Part shown: piece by piece, positions 38,886 through 48,591 of the stretch
Numbering within the stretch: the first letter of the stretch is position 1
How the letters are laid out: each line of letters starts with the position of its first letter
Assembly (NCBI GenBank): GCA_963785125.1
Contig: CAWATU010000004.1
Span: 51,260-115,259, forward strand
Origin: an uncultured Acidobacteriota bacterium
GTDB lineage: Bacteria; Acidobacteriota; Blastocatellia; Pyrinomonadales; Pyrinomonadaceae
Reading direction: 5' to 3'
Length of the DNA stretch: 64,000 nucleotides
Made by a program: the position numbers and the translations under genes
The notes under the pieces: model-generated
Told to the model about the DNA's origin: nothing
What the model saw: the letters and a program-made list of their open reading frames with translations, nothing else
Databases searched by the model: none

Positions 38886-39989
38886 TCTGACAATCCACCC
38901 GCCGCCCGTCACCTCTGCGCCGCGGTAGAAGACGGTGGCCTGTCCCGGAGTGACGGCGCGCTGCGGGTCGTCGAAGCGGACGCGGGCGCGGCCACGCCCG
39001 AGCGGTGTGATGGTGGCCGGCGCTTCCGTGTGGCGGTAGCGGACGCGCACGTCCGCGCGCACGGGCTCAGACGGATCATCGAAGGCGACCCAGTTGACGC
39101 CCGCGGCGGTGAACTCTGAGCTGAGCAGCTCTTCCTCGCGGCCGACGACGACGCGGCTCGACTCGGGCTCCATGCGCACGACGTAGAGCGGGAGCGGGCG
39201 CGAGACGCCGATGCCGCGCCGCTGCCCGACCGTGAAGCGGTGGACGCCCTCGTGCTCTCCGACGACGTGCCCCTCCGTATCCACAATCTCGCCGCGCGCA
39301 GGACGCTCCGTGTCCCTCCCCTCGGCTTCAAGGTAGCGGTCGATGAAGCCCGCGTAGTCGCCATCGGGCACAAAGCAAATCTCCTGCGACTCGCGCTTCT
39401 CGGCGACGTAGAGGCCGTGAAGACGTGCGACCTCGCGCGCCTCCTCCTTCGTCATCTCGCCCAGCGGAAAGAGCGAGCGTGACAACTGCTCCTGCGTCAA
39501 CTCCCAGAGGAAGTACGACTGATCCTTGCGCGCGTCGCGCCCGCGCAGCAGCCGGTAACGTCCCGCCGCTTCGTCGTAACGCACGCGCGCGTAATGGCCC
39601 GTCGCAACCTTCTCACAGCCGACGCTCAAAGCCGTGCGGTCGAGCGCGGCGAACTTCAGACGACTGTTACACGCGACGCACGGGATGGGCGTCTCGCCTT
39701 CGAGGTAGCTCTGCACGAACGGCGCGACCACGTCGCGCTCGAAGTCGCGCTCAAGGTTCAAAACGTAGAAGGGGAAGCCCAACTCCTCTGCCACGCGCCG
39801 CGCGTCGTACACATCGTCGAGCGAACAACAGCGGCTGGGAAGCGGCTCGCCGTCCTCGCCCACACTGAGGCCCCTCCGCTGGTTCCAGAGCTGCATCGTG
39901 AACCCGACCAGCTCGTGCCCCCCGGCCTTCAACAGCGCCGCCGCCGCCGAACTATCGACGCCGCCGCTCATCGCAACTGCTATCTTCAT
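38880..39989 (-). CDS. mnmA: tRNA 2-thiouridine(34) synthase MnmA
   Basis: Start at ATG 39989 ([16 protein letters not shown]-loop). Conserved CCS..D and C-terminal barrel regions. Confidence 0.95.
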   Translation of the reverse strand: MKIAVAMSGGVDSSAAAALLKAGGHELVGFTMQLWNQRRGLSVGEDGEPLPSRCCSLDDVYDARRVAEELGFPFYVLNLERDFERDVVAPFVQSYLEGETPIPCVACNSRLKFAALDRTALSVGCEKVATGHYARVRYDEAAGRYRLLRGRDARKDQSYFLWELTQEQLSRSLFPLGEMTKEEAREVARLHGLYVAEKRESQEICFVPDGDYAGFIDRYLEAEGRDTERPARGEIVDTEGHVVGEHEGVHRFTVGQRRGIGVSRPLPLYVVRMEPESSRVVVGREEELLSSEFTAAGVNWVAFDDPSEPVRADVRVRYRHTEAPATITPLGRGRARVRFDDPQRAVTPGQATVFYRGAEVTGGGWIVRE

Positions 39990-40213
39990 TCTTGAAATCG
40001 GCGATAGGTGAACAGCCGAGGAAAGGCTTCTTATCCTCTCATTCATCACGCATCACCCGTCACTTTCCTTACAGTTTGCCGCCCTTTTCGGCGAGGTGCT
40101 AAGATGCCCTTCAGTCAGTCTTTACTGCTTTTTCAGTACAGTACAGGATAACCGACATCCCGAGAAACGTCAGCCCGCCATCTGACGCCAAAGAACGGAA
40201 GGAACGCGGACAG

Positions 40214-40687
40214 ATGAGTGAAGAGAGCACAAGTCGCCTCGAAAACGCGATGGCGAAGCTGGCGGACACCTCGGCGCAACACGACGAGCGGCTCGCCGCG
40301 CACGAAGAGAGGATGACCGCGCACGAAGAGAGGATGGCCGCGCATGAAGAGCAACTCGCGGCGCACAAAGAGCAGCTCGCCGTGAACAAAGAGCGGCTCG
40401 CCGCAATAGAGCGTACGAATGAGATACTCAAAGCGTTGGCCGCCGACGCCCATCAGTTGCTTGCCAACGTGCAGCGGCGCGTCGGAGGTTTCGAAAAGGT
40501 CAACGCCACTTTGGTCGAACTGCTCGGGCGCCATCACGAGGGGGTAACGGAGATGCGGGCGGCGCAGGCCAACGCCGACGCCAAGATTGCCCTCCTCGCG
40601 GAGTCGCAGGCGCATACCGACAGGCGGCTCGATGCGTTGATTGACATTGTGCGGACACGCTTTAACGGCCAGTCTGAAAGTAGTTGA
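40214..40687 (+). CDS. coiled-coil hypothetical protein with tandem heptad repeats
   Basis: AQHDERL AAHEERM TAHEERM AAHEEQL AAHKEQL AVNKERL AAIERTN, encoded by 21-bp tandem DNA repeats at 40274-40420. Confidence 0.6.
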   Translation: MSEESTSRLENAMAKLADTSAQHDERLAAHEERMTAHEERMAAHEEQLAAHKEQLAVNKERLAAIERTNEILKALAADAHQLLANVQRRVGGFEKVNATLVELLGRHHEGVTEMRAAQANADAKIALLAESQAHTDRRLDALIDIVRTRFNGQSESS

Positions 40688-40701
40688 GCGACATTTGAAT
40701 A

Positions 40702-41508
40702 ATGCCTGAGAGAGCCATCGAAGAGTACGTCGTTGTGGACGAGCCCTTCTACCTCGCGGTGGGGCGCGAGGTGGAGTTGTTTGAGGCCGCGCGGGACGCG
40801 CGTTTGCCCGTCATGCTCAAAGGCCCGACGGGGTGCGGCAAGACGCGCTTCGTCGAGCACATGGCGTGGCGGCTGGGGCGCCCGCTTATCACCGTCGCCT
40901 GCCACGAAGACCTCTCGGCCACAGACCTCGTCGGGCGCTTCCTGCTCGAAGGCGAGGAGACGGTCTGGCACGACGGCCCCCTGACGGCGGCCGTGCGCGG
41001 CGGCGCGATCTGTTATCTGGACGAGGTGGTCGAGGCGCGCAAGGATACCGTCGTCATCATCCACCCTTTGACCGACGACCGCCGACGCCTCCCCATCGAG
41101 AAGCGCGGCACCATCCTCGACGCGCCCCCGGACTTCATGCTCGTCGTCAGCTACAACCCCGGCTACCAGTCGATTCTGAAAGACCTCAAGCAGTCCACGC
41201 GCCAACGCTTCGTCGCGCTGGAGTTCGACTACCCGCCGGCGGAGTTGGAGGCCGAGATTGTCGCGCGCGAGGGCGGCGTCTCGCTCGAAGAGGCGCGCGA
41301 CCTCGTCCTCATCGGCCACAAGGTCAGGAACCTCCGCGGCCACGGCCTCGAAGAGGGCGTCTCGACGCGCCTCCTCATCTACGCCGCCCAGCTCATGGCC
41401 CGCGGCATCCCCCCTACGGCCGCGGCGGAAGTCGCCCTCTGCTCCCCCATCACCGACGACCGCGACCTCCAACGCAGCATCCGCGAGATCGTGACGACCG
41501 TGATTTGA
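40702..41508 (+). CDS. CbbQ/NirQ/NorQ/GvpN-family AAA+ ATPase
   Basis: Walker A GPTGCGKT and Walker B AICYLDEV, with family-typical length (~268 aa) and C-terminal helical domain. Confidence 0.85.
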   Translation: MPERAIEEYVVVDEPFYLAVGREVELFEAARDARLPVMLKGPTGCGKTRFVEHMAWRLGRPLITVACHEDLSATDLVGRFLLEGEETVWHDGPLTAAVRGGAICYLDEVVEARKDTVVIIHPLTDDRRRLPIEKRGTILDAPPDFMLVVSYNPGYQSILKDLKQSTRQRFVALEFDYPPAELEAEIVAREGGVSLEEARDLVLIGHKVRNLRGHGLEEGVSTRLLIYAAQLMARGIPPTAAAEVALCSPITDDRDLQRSIREIVTTVI

Positions 41509-41527
41509 GACTTCAACCTGAGGCGCC

Positions 41528-42094
41528 TCACTTCTTCCTGACGTACGTGCCGTCGAAGGCGACCGTCCAGGTCTTGCCGTCGTCGGCGGACTGCTCCCAG
41601 AGCTGTCGGACGCGGCCGCCGTCGAGCTTGGTGAAGGTGAGGCGTGAGAGAGTCACCCTGCCGTCCGCCCCCTTCCTCTCGCCGTTGAGGCGCATCGCGC
41701 CGTCCTTGTACTCGCCGAAGAGTTCGAGGATGCCGCCGAAATTATCCACCCACGTCTGCTGCCACTTCCCCTTCGCGGCGTTGTAGACGTTGAAGCTCTT
41801 GCCGTTGGCGCCGCGCGCGCCCGTCCAGTTCTCGAAGACGACGCAGTCGTTGAGGATGAGTTGCACGCTGTTGGTGCCGGCCTGCTGCCCCTGCGGATTG
41901 AGCACGTCCCACTCGCCGACCCAGAAGTCGAACTGGCGGTGCTCGGGGCGCGACTTGCAGGGCGACGGCGGCGGCATGGGCGGCGTCGTCGGGGTTTGAG
42001 CGCGCGCCGTGTCGAAGTACGAAGGGGCAAAGAGTAAGAGCAGAAGCGAGAGGACGGCTCGCCTGAGCGTGGACGAAGTCATAGACGTAGTCAC
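41528..42094 (-). CDS. secreted hypothetical protein
   Basis: Signal peptide, P-rich linker and [10 protein letters not shown] motif. It lies on the opposite strand between the AAA+ and VWA genes. Confidence 0.6.
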   Translation of the reverse strand: MTTSMTSSTLRRAVLSLLLLLFAPSYFDTARAQTPTTPPMPPPSPCKSRPEHRQFDFWVGEWDVLNPQGQQAGTNSVQLILNDCVVFENWTGARGANGKSFNVYNAAKGKWQQTWVDNFGGILELFGEYKDGAMRLNGERKGADGRVTLSRLTFTKLDGGRVRQLWEQSADDGKTWTVAFDGTYVRKK

Positions 42095-42297
42095 TCCTTA
42101 AAAGTTTGTCCGAGGCGGTGGTACGGCTGTCAGGCTTGTGTCTGAAGAGATGCCGCGCGCGGCCGACTTGGATGCCCCGCGAGCGCGTGCGTTACAATGC
42201 CGCGAACCGAATTTATGCCGGCGGACGAATCGCCGGACGGGCGTGCGAGGAATTGGACGAAGGGGCGCTCAGGCATCTCTTCATTGTTCGGAGCGTG

Positions 42298-45200
42298 ATG
42301 AGCGAGCGGACTGACGAGCGAGGTTTCGAGTCGAAGGTGGTGGCCGGCGAAGACGGCGACGCGGAGCCGCTTGCGCGGACGCTGCGCGAGCGCCTGCGCG
42401 GGGTGAAGGACGCGGGGGAACGGCGGACGATTGCGGGGCTGGCGCGGGAGGTCGGGAAACTGCCCGTGGACGTGGCGCGGGCGGCGTTGGAGGTGGCGGC
42501 GGGGTTGGCGGCGTTGAGTTTGCGCGCGGGCGTTGACTTCTTAAAAGAGGTGCCGGCGGCGGCGCGTGTGCTCGACGCGGAGGAGCTGCGTGCGTGGGGC
42601 GAGTTGGGCCGGCGTCTGTTGATGGCGGACGTGGAGACGGGCGCGGCATTCATCAAGGCGGGCGTCGGCGAACTGTCTGAAGTGCCGCACGGAGCGAGGC
42701 TGCTGCTGTTGCAGGTGTGCGGACGGCAGTTGTCGCTCTCGACCTCGTTCGCGTTGGAGACGTACGGGCGCGGGCCGGAGGTGGCGCGCGCCGTGGGAGA
42801 CGCGGAGTTGCTGCGGCGCGTCTTCGAGGTCGCGTTGGAAGTCGCAAGACGCTCGGCGCGACACAGCTCGGACTTCATCTCGGCGACGCCCGCGGCGGCG
42901 GCGGCGCTCTCATCTTTTCATAAAGATGTTGATGAGAATGATGCGGTCGAAATTCAGACCGGGGACGGACGCGTGTGGTCGGCGGCGCTCACTCTGGCGG
43001 AGTCGTTCGCGCAGCGCGTGGGCGGCATCGCGGCCGACATGTGGGGAACGCTTCCCGTCGCACTTGAAAACTTAAGCGCGGACGATGCTCTGCGTCTGTT
43101 CGCTCAGGCCGAAGGTTTTCTGGACAGGGGCGGCGCGGCGGCGCTGCATGTGCTCGGGTCGGGCGGTGAGGTCTTGCGGCTCGTGCCCGAGGCGTTCGAC
43201 GCGTGGGGCGCGCTGCTGCGGACGGTGGCGTCGCACAACAACGCGTGTCTGGTCGCGCTGGCGCGGACGGGGCCGGCGTCTTTGCGCTCGCTGGCGGAGC
43301 ATCAGGTTAATCAAGAGCGTTTGACGGAGGTCGTGCTCACAGTTGTCGAAGCGACGCACGAGGTGGCGCGTGTGGACGCGGAGGCGGCCATCTCCTGCTT
43401 TCGCGCAGCGCCGCGCGCCTTGAGGTCTGCGACGTTGGAGCAGTTCAGAGAGTGGGTGCGCGAGGGTCTGCTTTTGGAGAACTTGAGCGCACGCGCGCGG
43501 CGCAGTTACTTCGCGCTGGAGACGCGCAAGAGCAACGAGCGTTTGCAGAGCGGCGGTCGCGACGGGCTCGGGCTCGAAGAGGTGGCGCAGACCCTGCGGC
43601 TCTACGTCGAAGGGTTGACGGGCCGCGCCGTCGAGGTCGTGCCGCTCGCGGCCATTCCAGAGGAGCAGAAGATCGGCGACGGCCGCACGATACATCTGCC
43701 CTCGGTCGTGTCGGAGTTCGGCGAGCGCGAGCTGGACTTCCGCCTCTATAAAGTCCTCGCCGCGCACGCCGCGGGGCAGATCGAGTTCGGCACGCACGAG
43801 CGCGAGACGGACGCTCTGCGCGCGGCTTACACGTCGCTGGCGGAGCTTTATGCGCCCGAGCACGCCGACGCGCTCGACGCCTTCGCGCTCGACGGCTACA
43901 TCAACGACCCTTCAAAGTCCGAACGCGCGCTCGCGCCCGAAGAGGAAGCGAGACTGGCGGCAGCGCGGCGGCGCGTGCTGCCAGAGGGCGGAGACTACCG
44001 CGCGGCGCTCGCGCTCTTCCCGCAGAGGGGCTTGGCGGCGCGCGTCTTCGGGACGCTTGAGAATGGTCGTATCGACCGTCGGCTCCGTCACGCTTACCGC
44101 GGGCTCGCACGCGACCTCGATTTAGTGCGTGAGCACCTGCGCCGCAACCGCCCGCGCATCGTCTCGCTCCCGATCACGCTCGTCCCCTTCGAGTTGCTCT
44201 TCCAGATCACGCTCTGCGGCGGCGCGCTCGAAGACGCGCGCGCGGTCTACGGGCAGGTCGTGTCGGAGCTTGAAACCATCGTCGTCGATTACATGACGGC
44301 CGCCGACGCTTCGGTCGCAGACACGTTGATGGCGACCGCGCGCGTCTACACGCTCTTCCAGTCGGTCGTGCCCGAGATGGCCGAGCGGCAGACCGAGACC
44401 GAGGAGGAGGGCGGCGAGGATAAGGAGGGCGGCGCGCAGTCGAACCTCGAAGCTGAAGGGCAAGAGGACGACGACGATAAAGCGGACGAGGAGCGCCGCC
44501 GCGAGCAGAGGCGCCGCGACGCGCGTGAGCTTTTCAACGCGTGGGCGGCGAGCGAGGCCGAGTCGGACGGCGAGGAGACTTTAACGGGCGCCGAGCGCTG
44601 GATGTCGGGCGAGTCGGCCGAGCAGGAGTTGGAGGCCGGCGAAGAGGCTTTCGAGTACGACGAGTGGGACAGGGACTTGTCGGACACGCGCGTCGGCTGG
44701 TGCCGCGTCGTCGAGAAGAGGGTCAAACGCGGCGACCGCTCGTTCGTCGAGCTGACGCGCTCGCGCTATCGCGGGGTCATCTCTTCGATCAGGCATCAGT
44801 TCCAGTTGATGAGGCCGGAGAGTTTGAAGCGCATCGCGAACGAGTTGGACGGCGACGACTATGACCTGAACGCGCTGATCGACTACGTCATCGACCGGCG
44901 CGCCGACGGCCAGCAGTCCGAGCGCGTCTATACGAAGCGTCTGCGGCGCGAGCGCGACGTGGCCGTCTCGTTCCTGCTCGACCAATCCTCTTCGACGGCG
45001 CGCACTATCGGCCGCCACCCCTTGCAGCCCTATACGCACCCCGGGCGCCGCATCATCGAGGTCGAGAAGGAGGGGCTCGTTCTGATGAGCGAAGCGCTCG
45101 AAGCCGTCGGCGACCCGTACAGCATCTACGGCTTTACCTCCGAGGGCCGGCGCAACGTCAAGTTTTACGTCGTCAAAGACTTCGGAGAGCCCTACGCGGG

Positions 45201-45561
45201 CGAGGTCGAGCAGCGCATCGGCGGCATCAACTACCAGAACAACACGCGGCTCGGCGCGGCCGTTCGCCACGCCGCGGCGAAACTCCGCCGCCAGGAGGCG
45301 CGCACGCGCCTGCTCATCGTCCTCTCCGACGGGCGCCCCTACGACCACGACTACGGCGACGCCCGCTACGCCCGCGACGACACGCGCGAGGCTCTGAGGC
45401 AGGCGCGCCTCGACGGCATCACCCCCTTCTGCATCACCATCGACCGCGACAGCGAGTCCGAACTCCGCGACCTCTACGGCGAAGTCGGTTACACCATCAT
45501 CGACGACGTGCTCTCCCTCCCCGAACGCATGCCCGCCATCTACCGCCGCCTGACGACCTGA
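42298..45561 (+). CDS. large NorD/CbbO-like protein with C-terminal von Willebrand factor A domain
   Basis: ATG 42298 ([10 protein letters not shown]). [22 protein letters not shown] and [13 protein letters not shown] (MIDAS) ... [12 protein letters not shown] are typical of NorD/CbbO. There is an acidic low-complexity insert and a long uncharacterised N-terminal region. Confidence 0.8.
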   Translation: MSERTDERGFESKVVAGEDGDAEPLARTLRERLRGVKDAGERRTIAGLAREVGKLPVDVARAALEVAAGLAALSLRAGVDFLKEVPAAARVLDAEELRAWGELGRRLLMADVETGAAFIKAGVGELSEVPHGARLLLLQVCGRQLSLSTSFALETYGRGPEVARAVGDAELLRRVFEVALEVARRSARHSSDFISATPAAAAALSSFHKDVDENDAVEIQTGDGRVWSAALTLAESFAQRVGGIAADMWGTLPVALENLSADDALRLFAQAEGFLDRGGAAALHVLGSGGEVLRLVPEAFDAWGALLRTVASHNNACLVALARTGPASLRSLAEHQVNQERLTEVVLTVVEATHEVARVDAEAAISCFRAAPRALRSATLEQFREWVREGLLLENLSARARRSYFALETRKSNERLQSGGRDGLGLEEVAQTLRLYVEGLTGRAVEVVPLAAIPEEQKIGDGRTIHLPSVVSEFGERELDFRLYKVLAAHAAGQIEFGTHERETDALRAAYTSLAELYAPEHADALDAFALDGYINDPSKSERALAPEEEARLAAARRRVLPEGGDYRAALALFPQRGLAARVFGTLENGRIDRRLRHAYRGLARDLDLVREHLRRNRPRIVSLPITLVPFELLFQITLCGGALEDARAVYGQVVSELETIVVDYMTAADASVADTLMATARVYTLFQSVVPEMAERQTETEEEGGEDKEGGAQSNLEAEGQEDDDDKADEERRREQRRRDARELFNAWAASEAESDGEETLTGAERWMSGESAEQELEAGEEAFEYDEWDRDLSDTRVGWCRVVEKRVKRGDRSFVELTRSRYRGVISSIRHQFQLMRPESLKRIANELDGDDYDLNALIDYVIDRRADGQQSERVYTKRLRRERDVAVSFLLDQSSSTARTIGRHPLQPYTHPGRRIIEVEKEGLVLMSEALEAVGDPYSIYGFTSEGRRNVKFYVVKDFGEPYAGEVEQRIGGINYQNNTRLGAAVRHAAAKLRRQEARTRLLIVLSDGRPYDHDYGDARYARDDTREALRQARLDGITPFCITIDRDSESELRDLYGEVGYTIIDDVLSLPERMPAIYRRLTT

Positions 45562-45853
45562 AGCTTTTCACAGGTTGCGAGGAGGCCGCGCGCACATCCG
45601 CCACACGCGCACGCGGCCTCACGCCCCGGCGTGGATCGACGGGGCCGCGGCACAGCCTCCCTTCAGACGTGCCGGCGCTTATCGCCAACCAAAATACTCA
45701 TGTGGTATCTTCCCTCCCGATCTAGTCTTTGAAACGTAAGGCAACGGGTCGGATGCGTAGCGTAGCTCACCCTCAACCGCCAGAGAGATGAGCATCGCCG
45801 TTGAGCATGAGAGGTCTCTACTCACGGCGAATCAGTTGCGCAGACGCATCCTA

Positions 45854-45867
45854 CTATCAGTTGATAG
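45854..45867. promoter_or_regulatory. 14-bp perfect palindrome CTATCAGTTGATAG upstream of the XRE gene (candidate operator)
   Basis: Lies ~40 nt upstream of ATG 45907. An AGGAGG RBS follows. Coordinates +/-2. Confidence 0.4.
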
Positions 45868-45906
45868 CAAAAGCAAGGGCCAAATGTTGTCAGGAGGTGA
45901 CTCCTG

Positions 45907-46182
45907 ATGGCGCGACGCCCGGCCCCGAAGCGTTTAGGTGAAAAGCTCTTACAAATCAGGACGGCTTTAGGGTTGAGCCAGACAGGGATTGTCGAGAGGC
46001 TTGACTACGGTGAATCTCCGCTCTACGCCGCGCAGATATCAAACTTCGAGCAGGGTAAGCGTGAGCCACCGTTACAGTTGCTTCTGGCTTACGCGAGACT
46101 GGCGAACATACCGCTGGAACTTTTAGCTGACGACAAGCTAGACCTGCCCGACGAACTACCTGCTCGACGCACGCGTCGTTAA
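45907..46182 (+). CDS. XRE-family helix-turn-helix transcriptional regulator
   Basis: LGEKLLQIRTALGLSQTGIVERL...ISNFEQGKREP is an HTH_3 pattern. 91 aa, in a lower-GC islet. Confidence 0.8.
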   Translation: MARRPAPKRLGEKLLQIRTALGLSQTGIVERLDYGESPLYAAQISNFEQGKREPPLQLLLAYARLANIPLELLADDKLDLPDELPARRTRR

Positions 46183-46230
46183 TTCTTCGACGCGGGACGT
46201 AAATTCTCAGACACGAGTAACAAAAGTTGT

Positions 46231-46481
46231 CAGCCGGCGCGTTTTTCCCTGCCGGTGCGGGCATTTTCCTCGGCGGTGCGCGCACATTTCTCGGCAGTGC
46301 GCGCTTCAGACACCGTGGTGCGTGCATTTTCTGGTCGGTGCGCGTCACAGCGTGGCGGTGCGCGTCGAGATTCGAGGCGGTGCGCGTTTCAGACGCGGCG
46401 GGCGCCTTAATTCCCTGCAAGTGCGTGTAAAGTTCGAGCCGTGCGGACTTAAACGAAGCGCGTGCGGGTTCAGAGCGCGGA
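46231..46481. repeat. degenerate tandem array, ~12 units of ~21 bp (core GGTGCGCG)
   Basis: Core positions are 46235, 46254, 46275, 46296, 46317, 46337, 46357, 46379, 46401, 46420, 46440 and 46461, with spacing of 19-22 bp. The ORFs across it (46227..46430 +, 45956..46420 -) look like repeat artefacts. Confidence 0.75.
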
Positions 46482-47153
46482 CTTGATGACGGCGGCGAGG
46501 GCTTCGGTCTCGCGTTGGATGCAGTGGCGCGTGTCTTCGCCGGGGAGGGGGGCGGGGAGGCGCGGGGGGTGGAAGACGAGCTCGACGCGGCCGGGGCGTG
46601 GGAGGCGCTGGCCGCGCGGCCAGACGCGTTCGCCTCCGCGGATGGTGACGGGAAGGACGGGCACGTCCGCCTCCATGGCGAGGCGGACGGCGCCGGCCTT
46701 GAAACGCGAGAACACGCCGTCGGCGTAAGCGCGCTGCCCTTCGGGGAAGATCATCACGGCGCCGCCCGCGCGCAGCCATTGGAGCGAGCGGCGGTGCGCG
46801 GTCGGGTTGCCGCGGTCGAGGACGATGGGCCACGCGCCCAGAAGCTCCAAAGCCTTCCCCACGAGCGGCCACTTGAACGCCTCGTTCCAGGCGAGATAGC
46901 GGACGGGGCGGTTGACGTGCGAGCCGACCCAGAAGGGATCGACGTAGGTCTGGTGGTTGGCGGCGATGACGAGGCCACCCTCCGCGGGGATGTGCTCAAG
47001 CCCGCTCATGGAGATGCGCCACAGCGCGCGCGAGAAGACACGGATGGCCGGCCGCATCGCGTCCAGAAGCCACTGCGGGGCAGGGCGCGGCTCCGGCGTC
47101 TCAGCGCCGCGCCGCCGCCCTTCGTCCCCGCCCGTGTCTGCCGCCCTGCTCAA
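46470..47153 (-). CDS. 1-acyl-sn-glycerol-3-phosphate acyltransferase family protein
   Basis: H(X)4D motif AANHQTYVDP, and FPEGQR. Confidence 0.85.
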   Translation of the reverse strand: MSRAADTGGDEGRRRGAETPEPRPAPQWLLDAMRPAIRVFSRALWRISMSGLEHIPAEGGLVIAANHQTYVDPFWVGSHVNRPVRYLAWNEAFKWPLVGKALELLGAWPIVLDRGNPTAHRRSLQWLRAGGAVMIFPEGQRAYADGVFSRFKAGAVRLAMEADVPVLPVTIRGGERVWPRGQRLPRPGRVELVFHPPRLPAPLPGEDTRHCIQRETEALAAVIKSAL

Positions 47154-47422
47154 AACGATTCCCTGCCCTCTCCCTCTTCGTCTCTCGTTCCCACGGATTC
47201 GAGCGAGGCGACCTTAATCTCCTCCCACCACTCAGGGATGTCGCGCTCGTTGAGCGCGTCCTCGTTCCAGCACTCGCACCGCGAGCACTCGAAGCCCGTG
47301 TAGGCGCGCGCCTCCGCCTTCGTCAGCGACAGACGCGTCCGCGCGTTGCACGCGTGGTCGCCGCACCAGCGTTCGACCTCGACGAGCAGCAACTCACGCG
47401 TGTTCACGATCCGCTTACCCAT
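47150..47422 (-). CDS. small Cys-rich hypothetical protein
   Basis: 90 aa with C..C / C..C pairs (WCGDHAC, ECSRCEC). 4-nt overlap with the downstream acyltransferase gene. Confidence 0.5.
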   Translation of the reverse strand: MGKRIVNTRELLLVEVERWCGDHACNARTRLSLTKAEARAYTGFECSRCECWNEDALNERDIPEWWEEIKVASLESVGTRDEEGEGRESF

Positions 47423-47435
47423 AAGTTGAAGTACT

Positions 47436-47504
47436 GAGTGCTGAAGACTGAGGACTGAGTTGAAGACAACGAGTTCTTCACTCAGTCCTCAGTCTTCAGC
47501 ACTC
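47436..47504. repeat. long hairpin with nnACTGA heptamer arms
   Basis: ~30-bp stem (GAGTGCTGAAGACTGAGGACTGAGT(T)GAAGA) with one bulge and an 8-nt loop, between stop 47510 and start 47422 on the same strand. Confidence 0.9.
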
Positions 47505-47509
47505 AATAC

Positions 47510-48262
47510 TCATTCTATCCCTTCCAGCGGCCACTGCCGGTCGATGAATTCGAGGTGGAGGCGCGGGATGCCATCCGCGCCCGAACGCGACGCGCGCACG
47601 GCGGCGACGATGGAGAGTCCCGTCTCCGTGCTGGTCAGTCGCACGAAGCGCCCGCGCTCGACCTGAAGCATCGTCCAGACGGCCGCGCCGCGGCGGCTGA
47701 TGTTCTCCGTTACCGTCTGCTCGCTGGCCTCCACGCGCCCCTCCGCGTCGAAGACCTCCAGCCGCACGCCGAGCGCCATCTGGAGCCGCGTCAGCTCGGA
47801 GCGCTCGCCGACCGACTGCTGCTCGGCCTCCTTCAGACGCCAGAGGTTGTCCTCCGCCGAGACCGAGGTGGCCTCGTAGAGCGTCGAAGGGTCGCGGACG
47901 TAGCTCGCCGGTGGGTGCTTGCCCGTGAACGCCACCCCGACCTCGTAGCGCACGCCGCCCGCCTCCTCGCCCGCGAACTCCGGCCGCACCGAGAGGTGGC
48001 AGACCAGCGCCCAGACACGGTACTGGTCTTCGATGTGGTCGAAGCAGCGGAGTTGGCGCGGCATCGGCATCGTCAGGTGCAGGAGCCGGCCGCGCTCGGT
48101 CGGGCGCGTGAGCGGGAAACGCGCGCCGAACGGTGTCACGTCCACCAGCCGCGACATCTCCGTCCACTCGTGACCGGCCGTCTCGCGGCATTGGACGCGG
48201 AGGGGGAGCGCCAGCTTGATGCGCTCGCGCACGCGGTTCCGTTTGTGGTCTGACTCGGACAC
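47510..48262 (-). CDS. PilZ domain-containing protein (tentative, two PilZ-like halves)
   Basis: RVRER (RxxxR) followed by DVTPFGA (D-x-S/T-x-x-G-like). The second half shows a similar pattern (ENISRRGA). Confidence 0.6.
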   Translation of the reverse strand: MSESDHKRNRVRERIKLALPLRVQCRETAGHEWTEMSRLVDVTPFGARFPLTRPTERGRLLHLTMPMPRQLRCFDHIEDQYRVWALVCHLSVRPEFAGEEAGGVRYEVGVAFTGKHPPASYVRDPSTLYEATSVSAEDNLWRLKEAEQQSVGERSELTRLQMALGVRLEVFDAEGRVEASEQTVTENISRRGAAVWTMLQVERGRFVRLTSTETGLSIVAAVRASRSGADGIPRLHLEFIDRQWPLEGIE

Positions 48263-48386
48263 TTTTGAGGCCGTTTTTCAGGGCGGGGCGGAAGCCCGAA
48301 AAGGGGCAGGCGGGCAGCACCCCGAGCCGCACCCTCCGGGCGGGTAAAATCGTTGATTTTACAGGGTTTTAGGCCCGCCGGGCGGG

Positions 48387-48415
48387 TTGCCAAAACGCCC
48401 CTTTCGGGCTACAAT
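48387..48415 (+). promoter_or_regulatory. candidate sigma70-type promoter for gyrA (TTGCCA-17 nt-TACAAT)
   Basis: Hexamers at 48387-48392 and 48410-48415. This would give a ~170-nt leader before ATG 48592. Confidence 0.3.
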
Positions 48416-48591
48416 AACTCGTACTTTCTGAACGCCTTATCCGTCCCGGAAAGTGCCGCCCTGACAGTCAGGAAATCGACCCCGCGGGGTGACTTTTGTG
48501 TCCGCGACGGGGCGCGGGTTCGGCTCTCACTTTAGAAGCAGAAGGCGCGTCGGACGAGCGCGCGGCAGATTGTACCGGAAAGGTTTATTAG

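Noticed and set aside
42106-42297. Upstream 64 codons of the VWA protein ORF
   Set aside because: Non-ATG start and odd composition. ATG 42298 ([10 protein letters not shown]) is the more plausible start, though this is not proven.
46231-46481. CRISPR interpretation of the two ~21-bp arrays (also 62466..62864)
   Set aside because: The repeats are contiguous with no unique spacers. The units are degenerate. There are no cas genes in the window.
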